Shown: positions 19,321-27,323 of the stretch, piece after piece
Layout of the letters: every line of letters starts with the position of its first letter
Position numbering within the stretch: the first letter of the stretch is position 1
Assembly: GCA_050287785.1 (NCBI GenBank)
Contig: JBNKCO010000018.1
Location: forward strand, 9,149 to 73,148
DNA from: Bacteroidales bacterium
GTDB taxonomy: Bacteria; Bacteroidota; Bacteroidia; Bacteroidales; UBA10428
DNA length: 64,000 bases
Reading direction: 5' to 3'
The notes under the pieces: model-generated
Told to the model about the DNA's origin: nothing
The model's database searches: none
What the model saw: only the letters and a program-made list of their open reading frames with translations
Program-made: the position numbers and the translations under genes

Positions 19321-19707
19321 TCATTGTATTTGCCTAACAATATGACATAACAAAGTTCTTTCCTTTTCCATTTTGTCAATGTATGATTTTTCAATACGAG
19401 ATTCTTTTACTATACCCTGAACTTTTATTTTCTTTTTAAAAAATGATTTATCAAAGCTATTAAGTGAATCTTGAGGTACAATTTTAATAATTGCCCCTCT
19501 TTCAGTCTTTAATTTCATTTTCTTTCTGTCTACACCACATATATGAACAATAACACCTTCTATTTCAACCTTGGTTTTGCAATATTTGTCAATATTAATT
19601 ATCAAACTGTCAGCAGCAAGTTTTGTAACTTCTTGATTCGACGGTAGGCTATTACAGCAAACCAATAAGCCCATTGATAAAGTAATAATCAGAATTCTTA
19701 ATTTCAT
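19321..19707 (-). CDS. Small lipoprotein, unknown function
   Basis: Lipobox MKLRILIITLSMGLLVCC. 128 aa with no recognised family. Confidence 0.55.
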   Translation of the reverse strand: MKLRILIITLSMGLLVCCNSLPSNQEVTKLAADSLIINIDKYCKTKVEIEGVIVHICGVDRKKMKLKTERGAIIKIVPQDSLNSFDKSFFKKKIKVQGIVKESRIEKSYIDKMEKERTLLCHIVRQIQ

Positions 19708-19866
19708 ATCTCTTAATAATTTAGTTGCATATACACTGTTTGTTTTTTTATATCGTTGGCCACGATCCTAAACTAGGAAGATTGAGGTTTCTGTGCCCCA
19801 AAATTATCAATCTATTTTGTTTTTAAGAAAAGCACAAGGTTATTATGTGCCCTGTTATCCCATAGC

Positions 19867-21474
19867 TTACTTGTATTTCGTATTGGCAACAGTAGTTTTA
19901 TCAAGCATTTTTGAAATTTCAGTAGCTTCTTTTATTACATCGTCAGGATATTCATTAATCTGAAGTATCCGAATTGCATTTCTATTTTTTAATTTTCCTT
20001 CTTTTAATTTATAGTCAAAATCAACATTTTTATCATTGACTATCTCACTAAAATGGTATAGCTCATATTCTTCAGTTAACAAATCGGTCAATTCTATATC
20101 ATGAGTAGATACAAATACAATATTTTGCATCTTTGAAAGTGAAGAAAGAACCGCTTTGCCAGCAGAAATGCGTTCAATCGTATTAGTGCCCTTAAAAATC
20201 TCATCTAAAAGAAACAAGTTGGGTTTTCCATTAACACTTTTTTGAATCATGTTCTTTATCGTTAAGACTTCTTCAAAATAATAGCTTTTATCATTCATTA
20301 AATCATCACTAATACGTATTGCAGAATAGATCCGAATTCTTGGGATTTGTATGGATTCGGCAAAACAGGTATTTAAAGTTAATCCTGTAATTAAATTTAA
20401 TCCTATGGTTCGAATAAACGATGTTTTACCTGACATGTTCGAACCTGTAAGAAGAATTGATTTATCATTAACATCAATACTGTTCTTGATGCAATCGATA
20501 ATTAATGGATGGTAAAGTTGTTTTGCTTTTATTTTAGATTCATTATCATTAATAATAGGTAAACAAAAAGTGCCTGTTCCATTTCTTAAAGAAGCAATTG
20601 AATTTAACATATCAATTTGTCCAACATAGCAAAACACATCTTCAATCTCTTTCCGCTTTGTATTCAAGCGTTTTAAAACACCAAAAAGTAATAAAGGTTC
20701 TATGAGGAAAATAGTTTTAAATAATTCAAGAATTGCCCAAAACAGTGCTTCAAAATCGCCTTGGAGCTTAACTTCAAGTTGAAAGAAAGACATCCTGTTT
20801 CGTACCTGATTGATGATTTTTATAGATTTTGGTAAATCAGGATTTATCTCATAGAAGGCACTCTCTTTGTGTAATTTTAGTGCAATACTATTTAATTTAA
20901 GTAGTTGGGGGATAGAACTAAGATATTGATAAAGATTTTTCTTGTTCCAATAGTGAATACCAATATTTATTATAAAAACTCCAAGTAGAATAAATATCAC
21001 TTGAGGGATAAATGGTAACATTATTAGCGACATCAAGCTTGTAAAGGACAATAACCGAATTACAAAAAACCATTTTGGTGGTTTAGTATGCTCCTCTTGA
21101 AACAAGGAAGAAATATAATATGCATCATCTTTTTTTAAGGTTTCAAGTAATCTCTGCGTTTTTATCCGAAAATCAGAATTATTCATAAGATTCTTAATAA
21201 TCTTCTCATTTAATTCTAAATTTTCAGAATTTGAAGGAATGGTACGTATTTTATTATAAAGATATTGTTGACCAACCATTGAGTTTGTCCTATCAATAAA
21301 CATGTATAATTCATGCAAATCCAAATCGTTACATGTTTTATCAGATAAAACTTGAAATGCCTCTGAGTTATCCTTATTCCTAAAATATTTTTCAATCAAC
21401 TCGAAATTGAAACTATCATCTTTTAATTCGCCATAAGTTGCTTTTAACCTTTCAATATCTTTCTTCTTACTCAT
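19867..21474 (-). CDS. MutS-related ATPase (domain V only) with internal transmembrane helices
   Basis: Walker A LLTGSNMSGKTSFIRTIG, Walker B LFLLDEIFKGTNTIERI, and VFVSTHDIEL. There is a hydrophobic stretch FFVIRLLSFTSLMSLIMLPFIPQVIFILLGVFIINIGIHYW and no mismatch-recognition N-domain. Confidence 0.8.
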   Translation of the reverse strand: MSKKKDIERLKATYGELKDDSFNFELIEKYFRNKDNSEAFQVLSDKTCNDLDLHELYMFIDRTNSMVGQQYLYNKIRTIPSNSENLELNEKIIKNLMNNSDFRIKTQRLLETLKKDDAYYISSLFQEEHTKPPKWFFVIRLLSFTSLMSLIMLPFIPQVIFILLGVFIINIGIHYWNKKNLYQYLSSIPQLLKLNSIALKLHKESAFYEINPDLPKSIKIINQVRNRMSFFQLEVKLQGDFEALFWAILELFKTIFLIEPLLLFGVLKRLNTKRKEIEDVFCYVGQIDMLNSIASLRNGTGTFCLPIINDNESKIKAKQLYHPLIIDCIKNSIDVNDKSILLTGSNMSGKTSFIRTIGLNLITGLTLNTCFAESIQIPRIRIYSAIRISDDLMNDKSYYFEEVLTIKNMIQKSVNGKPNLFLLDEIFKGTNTIERISAGKAVLSSLSKMQNIVFVSTHDIELTDLLTEEYELYHFSEIVNDKNVDFDYKLKEGKLKNRNAIRILQINEYPDDVIKEATEISKMLDKTTVANTKYK

Positions 21475-21645
21475 AAATATTTTGTTTGCACGATGTTTTC
21501 ATTGTGACCAAAGTTTTACGCTATTAGCACTATTGTCCAATCGATTTAATTTCACGTTATAAAGATACTATTTTAACTTCTCTGAAGTCATGTTTCGTAT
21601 CAATGAGCTAAATCGCAAATAAATCAGTTAATCTCACATAGTGCC

Positions 21646-21794
21646 CTATGTCATTTAGTTAAGGAAATTTTGCCCTTGCACACCCTTTTTTTCCTAAAGG
21701 GAACTACACGCAGGTCTTCCCCTTTAGGGGGTTGAGGGGTGAGCGAAAGGGATTTAAACAATTTATTTCTCTTAACTAAACGACATTGCCATAG
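21646..21794. repeat. ~150-nt imperfect palindrome (long irregular hairpin), locally GC-rich
   Basis: The left half aligns with the reverse complement of the right half block by block: ctatg / tc(a|g)tttagttaag / gaaat / ttg / ccctt..gc / cac(c)cc / cctaaaggg(a|g)a. The apex is ctacacgcaggtc. See findings. Confidence 0.45.
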
Positions 21795-21857
21795 AGCCAG
21801 GGGTTCAACAATTGATTTTCAAACGCCATTAATCTGCTCGCCAGGCATTAAAAGCAA

Positions 21858-21888
21858 AAGAGGGTGTCCAAAAAACAGACACCCTCTT
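21858..21888 (-). terminator. Intrinsic terminator of the protease gene
   Basis: Perfect 11-bp stem aagagggtgtc / gacaccctctt with a 9-nt loop. On the minus strand it is followed by ttgctttta and lies 59 nt past the stop codon. Confidence 0.7.
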
Positions 21889-21946
21889 CATTATACAAAT
21901 CTTTATTCAAACACTTTAATCAAAGTGCTTAAAAACACATTTATTT

Positions 21947-24874
21947 CTATTTTAATGGTATATTTTTTATGAATTTTGTATTAAAAGCTCCCTTAGGATC
22001 ATCAACAGAAATAATGTAGAGACCTTCAGGTAATTCTGATATATCAATTGATCTATCCATAATAGTAGTTTTTACTAATGTACCGTCACTACTATAAATT
22101 TTAACAGTTCTATCAGAGAATTCGTTGTTAAACATTACATTGATTGAGCTATTCGCTGGATTAGGATAAACACTGATACCTGCATGAGTTTCGTTTCCAA
22201 GTACCTGAGCATCGGTAAAGAATCCCCCCCCTTTTGGTACACTATTACCTGTAATAACAACAGTATAGTCCTCAACCTCTCCATAGCGGAATGCTTCGCA
22301 AGCAGTTGGAGCTGCGTTATACTTCATGGAAACACGCATTCTGGTAGATCCTAGAGTTGCTGTAGTAGGAACCGTGAAAGTACTACTCAGTGTTGCAGAA
22401 GAACTTGAAGAACCTGCAACAACAAGTTCATTGGATTCAAAAGTGCCATCTTGATCATAGTCGATCCAAATATACCAGTATTCAGTATAAGCTGTACTTC
22501 TGAAACCTGCACTGAAGTAGATTGTATTACTTGTTCCTAAACCTAAGCTAGTAGAAAGATTGGTAAAATCGCTATAGCCAGAGCTTGCTGTTGTAACATT
22601 ATTTATTGTATTAAGATTTACCAAATCTATCCACTCATAATAAATACTGTTTCCTTGTGAGGCACAGTAAGTAACATTATCTGAAGAAGTAGTTATGTTA
22701 ATAGAAGAACTGTTTGCAGAAACATTTCCTGCAGCATCCTCTGCTGTTACATAAAATGAATACGTTGTAGAAGGACTTAAACCAGAAACATTGTATGATG
22801 TGTTTGTAGAAGTTCCTAATAATGAACCATTCCGATAAACATTATATCCAGTTACACCTACATTATCAGATGAAGCTGTCCAGCTTAGTGTAGCCGATGT
22901 TGTGGTTACATTAGACGAGGCCAGATTAGTTGGAGCTGTTGGGGATTGTGTATCGGAGGTGCCACTATTTATTACAATAGTATAGTCCTCGACTTCTCCA
23001 TAGCTAAATGTTTCGCAAGCTGTAGGAGCTGAATTGTACTTCATAGTAACACGCATTCTTGTAGAACCTGTGGCTGCAGTAGTTGGAACAGTAAAGGTCT
23101 TACTTAGGGTTGATGCAGAACTTGAAGAAGTAGAGTTGATCAATTCATTAGTCTCAAAGGTACCATCTTGATCGTAATCAATCCAAATATACCAGTATTC
23201 GGTATAAGAACTACTACTGAAACCTGCACTGAAGTTTATTGTATAACTTGCTCCAATGTCCAGATTTGTGGAAAGATTCGTATAATCACTATATCCTGAT
23301 GTAGCAGTTGTTACATTGTTAATTGTATTTAGTTTTACCAGATCAATCCACTCATAATTGATGTTATTACCTGCTGACGCACAATAAGTGTCAGATGTTG
23401 TGGATGTTGTAAAGGATACCTGAGTACCATAACTTGTTCCTTCACTATTTGTTGCATACGCCCTGACATAATAAGTTGTGTTCGCGGTTAATCCGCTCAT
23501 AGTAAGACTGTATGAACCTGAAGTTTCAACCGGTGATGTAGATATCACAGTACCAGTAGAAAGAGTTGGATTTGTACTAGTTGAATATACAATTCCACTG
23601 GCAGTTACTGTTGCACCACCATTAGCCGTAATATTACCACCACTAATAGCAGAGGTAGAAGTAATCGATGATATACTATTGGTTGATACAGTTGGCGTTG
23701 TACTAGTGCCACTATCGTAAACAAGGTAACAAACTTCACAAGCTACCCTTGCTGAAGTTGCATCAATTCTCATATAACCGCCTTCTCCCCATGTGCTTCC
23801 CCATGAGTTTCGAAGAATCCAGTAATCTCCTGATGTGGCATCAGTTCCCCAGCCTACAAGCGCAATTGCATGGTTAGTTGGAGTATTATAACATGGACTA
23901 CTTGAACAAGAAGTATAGCTGTCTGAGTAAATACCTCCTGAGTAGTTATCGAAAGAAGATGTTGCATAAACAGCAGCATCTACAACACCATATGTTATAA
24001 TAGCTGATTTAATTGCATCAATATCAGAACAGGCAACACGATACCATGAGGTGAATTGAGTTTTTGGCGCATTTGAAGCAGCCGACGGACACGATTGATT
24101 ATCTGAATCAGAATAAGGAAAATACGATTCAGGAATAGCACCTATATCGCAAAGCGCTTGCAATTCGGCATAGCTATAATCTGCTCCAGCACAACCATTA
24201 AAATGACTGCTATAAGCAGACATTGAGCCCAGACACCAAGCAATATATGATTCAGAAAAGTCTGCTGTGTTGTTATCATAACTACCGGTAGCCACGTTAT
24301 AAACTCCTTCTGCACATGCAGATGCTCCGAATGCATAACAAGATCCGCAGCCTCCCTGATTTCTAACTCCTCCAATATACGAATGTCCGTTGTAGTTTCT
24401 CCAATCAAAAGTGGTTGGCAAAGATGCAAGAACAGTAAAGTTCTCATCCTCAACGGCTGTTGCATATGCACCTTCAGAAGGTCCTTTGCTCTCAAGTATT
24501 AATTCATCATTATTCATTCCCATTAATTCCTCTAAGGAAAGAATTTCTTTTTTACCTTTTACTGTTCGAGTACAAACAGCTTTTTCAACTGTATAGCCAT
24601 TAACTTTTTCAACAACAGTTTCAATATTGTAACCCTTTTTAGCAGGATACCCATATTCCTTAGCAACTTTTCCCTTGTAAAAGTCCCAGGCATTAACAAC
24701 TTGACCATTAGGAAGGGTACACATCCCAACCTGATCGCCATTAACATCTTTTTGAACGGTAAAATCATACCCCATAGTCTCGCAGTAAACTGCCGCTGGG
24801 TTTTTCAAAACTTTCTGAGCAAATGTTGTCATACCAATTGCCAGAATTAGCAGGATCATAGTAGGTTTTTTCAT
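21947..24874 (-). CDS. Secreted multidomain papain-family (C1) cysteine protease with T9SS sorting domain
   Basis: Signal peptide. DUF333-like N-segment (NPAAVYCETMGYDF...MCTLPNGQVVNAWDFYKGKV). C1 catalytic motifs QGGCGSCYAFGA, NHAIALVGWG and WILRNSWGSTWGEGGYMRI. Fn3-like modules and two GEVED modules (...YGEVEDYT). CTD VYPNPANSSINV...GLYIISV. Confidence 0.85.
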   Translation of the reverse strand: MKKPTMILLILAIGMTTFAQKVLKNPAAVYCETMGYDFTVQKDVNGDQVGMCTLPNGQVVNAWDFYKGKVAKEYGYPAKKGYNIETVVEKVNGYTVEKAVCTRTVKGKKEILSLEELMGMNNDELILESKGPSEGAYATAVEDENFTVLASLPTTFDWRNYNGHSYIGGVRNQGGCGSCYAFGASACAEGVYNVATGSYDNNTADFSESYIAWCLGSMSAYSSHFNGCAGADYSYAELQALCDIGAIPESYFPYSDSDNQSCPSAASNAPKTQFTSWYRVACSDIDAIKSAIITYGVVDAAVYATSSFDNYSGGIYSDSYTSCSSSPCYNTPTNHAIALVGWGTDATSGDYWILRNSWGSTWGEGGYMRIDATSARVACEVCYLVYDSGTSTTPTVSTNSISSITSTSAISGGNITANGGATVTASGIVYSTSTNPTLSTGTVISTSPVETSGSYSLTMSGLTANTTYYVRAYATNSEGTSYGTQVSFTTSTTSDTYCASAGNNINYEWIDLVKLNTINNVTTATSGYSDYTNLSTNLDIGASYTINFSAGFSSSSYTEYWYIWIDYDQDGTFETNELINSTSSSSASTLSKTFTVPTTAATGSTRMRVTMKYNSAPTACETFSYGEVEDYTIVINSGTSDTQSPTAPTNLASSNVTTTSATLSWTASSDNVGVTGYNVYRNGSLLGTSTNTSYNVSGLSPSTTYSFYVTAEDAAGNVSANSSSINITTSSDNVTYCASQGNSIYYEWIDLVNLNTINNVTTASSGYSDFTNLSTSLGLGTSNTIYFSAGFRSTAYTEYWYIWIDYDQDGTFESNELVVAGSSSSSATLSSTFTVPTTATLGSTRMRVSMKYNAAPTACEAFRYGEVEDYTVVITGNSVPKGGGFFTDAQVLGNETHAGISVYPNPANSSINVMFNNEFSDRTVKIYSSDGTLVKTTIMDRSIDISELPEGLYIISVDDPKGAFNTKFIKNIPLK

Positions 24875-25217
24875 AGTAATTGACGTTTAGGTTATAAATA
24901 TGAGCAATTTAGGTTTTTTATTTTAAATAAACATCAGGCAAGTAATTTATAAAGTATTGATATTAACAGCATCAGAACAAATACAACTTTCGATAAAGTG
25001 CGAAAAAATATAATAGTTTACCTCGAACCAAGTATTGAGATATGTATTGCAATGCGATTTTCAACTTACGAACAACGGGTTAGCGGTAAAGTATTATAGC
25101 CGGATTCAAGACGCTTTCTTATCTTCGATAGCTATCGGATCGAAACGCCATTAATAACTTTGTTATGTTATTCAACATGTACCACTATCCTTACAGTGTT
25201 TTATTCAACTTATTGAA

Positions 25218-25826
25218 TTAATATTCATCATCTTTTAATTCTTGTAGTTCTTTAATTAAGAAACTTATTTTTCTTTTTTCCTGAATGTAACGAGGAATTC
25301 CTATTAAGCTCCCAATAAAGTATAAAACCAAAAAAAATAGCACTTTATCTATTGTATTTGAGCTATCAATTATAATGTTATCCCACATGATTAATGTTAA
25401 TCCAAATAAATATATCGGATACAAGATGACTAAATGCCTTAGATTTTTAAATCTTGTTTTTGGATAACTCATTAATTTATTAATTGACTCAATAATTGTA
25501 TCCGTTTTTAATTTAACCTCCCTAAGGATTGCATTTCTTTTTTTCGTAAGTAAGAAATAATCTAGCATTGATAATAATATTACTACAATTCCAAATAATA
25601 ATTTCCAATCCATTTCTCCCATTTTTTCTAAAAATGAGTAGATAATTATGATAAAACCTAAAATATAACAAACTAAAGAAAATTTATTTCCCTTTATTAA
25701 AGATTGAATTCTGTTTTGCTTTTGCCTTAATATAGCACTAATAATCAGCTGGTTATCTAGTTTGTTGAGATTGTCAAGTTTGCTGTCGTAATTCTCCCAC
25801 ATTAATTGTAACTCTTCGTATTTCAT
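25218..25826 (-). CDS. Membrane protein, putative anti-sigma factor partner
   Basis: 202 aa with several hydrophobic helices. It starts 11 nt after the ECF sigma stop on the same strand. The functional call rests on position only. Confidence 0.4.
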   Translation of the reverse strand: MKYEELQLMWENYDSKLDNLNKLDNQLIISAILRQKQNRIQSLIKGNKFSLVCYILGFIIIIYSFLEKMGEMDWKLLFGIVVILLSMLDYFLLTKKRNAILREVKLKTDTIIESINKLMSYPKTRFKNLRHLVILYPIYLFGLTLIMWDNIIIDSSNTIDKVLFFLVLYFIGSLIGIPRYIQEKRKISFLIKELQELKDDEY

Positions 25827-25837
25827 GATTTTTTGAT

Positions 25838-26329
25838 TTAATTGTTAGACAAATGATTTTTCAGTTTCAATTTGATCCGATTAATTTTCGTTGCGACATT
25901 TGTTTTTGTTAAACCAATTGTTTCTGAAATATCGTCATAAGAATAACCATCAAGCTGCATTAGTATTATTGCTTTATCAAGCTTCCCTAATATGCTTATT
26001 GCATTATAAAGTTTATCATATAAGTTATCAATTGCAGAATCATCTTGCATTTGAGGTAGAACATTCGTATACTCTATGTGATTCTTGTTTTTAATATGAT
26101 CTCGAACCCAAGAAATGGCAGTATTAACAGAAATCCTATAAATCCATGTACTGATTTTCGAATTACCTTTAAAATCAGGATATGCTTTCCACATATTAGC
26201 AATTATCTCTTGAAAAAGGTCTTTCATATCAATCTTAGAATCACAATACATATGACTGATCTTATAAATCAACTTTTTATTTTCTTCGACTATTTCTAAA
26301 AACTCTTTGGTTAACGTTTCATCAATCAT
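25838..26329 (-). CDS. ECF-type RNA polymerase sigma-70 factor
   Basis: Region 2 (LFQEIIANMWKAYPDFKGNSKISTWIYRISVNTAISWVR) and region 4 HTH (LDGYSYDDISETIGLTKTNVATKINRIKLKLK). Confidence 0.85.
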   Translation of the reverse strand: MIDETLTKEFLEIVEENKKLIYKISHMYCDSKIDMKDLFQEIIANMWKAYPDFKGNSKISTWIYRISVNTAISWVRDHIKNKNHIEYTNVLPQMQDDSAIDNLYDKLYNAISILGKLDKAIILMQLDGYSYDDISETIGLTKTNVATKINRIKLKLKNHLSNN

Positions 26330-26912
26330 TTGAATTCTTATTTTGAAACTATTAGTCGAAAAAAAACATAAAAAATCACACTTTTCAACTTTTAATTGCA
26401 GTTTGCTCTTTAATTTTTTGCTTGTTAAGGTCTGTATTTTTTCAATTCATGAGTTTAACCCGCATTAAACCACGATAAAATTCATAGTAAACAGGATTTT
26501 TCGTCGGCTCATAGAGTAAAATATGCTTGTTTAATGCATGTTTGAGGCTTAATTCTAAAGAGGCTGACATTTCTAACGATGATTTGATGCTCAACATATA
26601 TTTTGAATTATTTACTGATTTGCATGCTTACCCTTCTCCCCCATATAATTTAGTGCTTGCGGAATATAGCGAATCAATTTAGGAAGTAAAATCCTTCATT
26701 AATATTATATTCTTGTATCATTTCAAATTTCATTATATCAATACTTCTTGTAATCTCTATATTAGGAGTGTTACAAAGGTGCTAATTGGTATAAGTTGAA
26801 TAAATTAATCCGCAGAATTCACCAGTGGTTATTAATCTTTAGCCGCTTTATGTCAAGCATTTAAACCATCGACTCACATACATTAAAGTTTTGCAGCTAT
26901 AATATTTTCCAA

Positions 26913-27287
26913 CTATTTGATAAAATCTATTGCAAGAGGATATTTATAAATTATTCCGTCATTAGCTTTTACTGCTCCAATAATGATAAATATAATAGAG
27001 CAAATTGCTAATGCAATAAGTAAGGGTATTCCAATAAAAACAAAAGCTAGGATAAAACCAACAATCATGTATATAAAACTACTAATCATCCAATTCAAGA
27101 TATTCTTCCCATGTTTATCAATTAATTCACTTTGATCCTTATTTGTAGCCCACATAATAATGGGTAATACTGTACCTGCCATTGGGACAACATAACCGGC
27201 AAATTGGGAAAGATGCAATAACATACAGAATTGATTAATTTCCATTCCCCAAGGTTTAAAATCAGGTTTTTCGTTTATTATTTCCAT
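26913..27287 (-). CDS. DUF4870-family small membrane protein
   Basis: MLLHLSQFAGYVVP...PIIMWATNKDQSELIDKHGKNILNWMIS...GAVKANDGIIYKYPLAIDFIK matches the DUF4870 pattern as I recall it. Confidence 0.65.
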   Translation of the reverse strand: MEIINEKPDFKPWGMEINQFCMLLHLSQFAGYVVPMAGTVLPIIMWATNKDQSELIDKHGKNILNWMISSFIYMIVGFILAFVFIGIPLLIALAICSIIFIIIGAVKANDGIIYKYPLAIDFIK

Positions 27288-27323
27288 TCAATTTAATATT
27301 AAAAAATACTAGTGTAACTATTT

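Noticed and set aside
21739-21972. 77-aa + strand ORF (MSERDLNNLF...)
   Set aside because: It starts inside the palindromic element, runs through the protease terminator hairpin and into the 3' end of the protease gene on the opposite strand. It has no sensible start context or composition, so it is judged spurious.
25070-25150. Locally GC-richer patch with small hairpins (ttcgat..atcgaa, cgatagctatcg) between the putative anti-sigma gene and the protease gene
   Set aside because: The stems are short (4-7 bp, with wobble pairs), there is no flanking U-run, and it resembles nothing I know. There is insufficient support to call an RNA or terminator.
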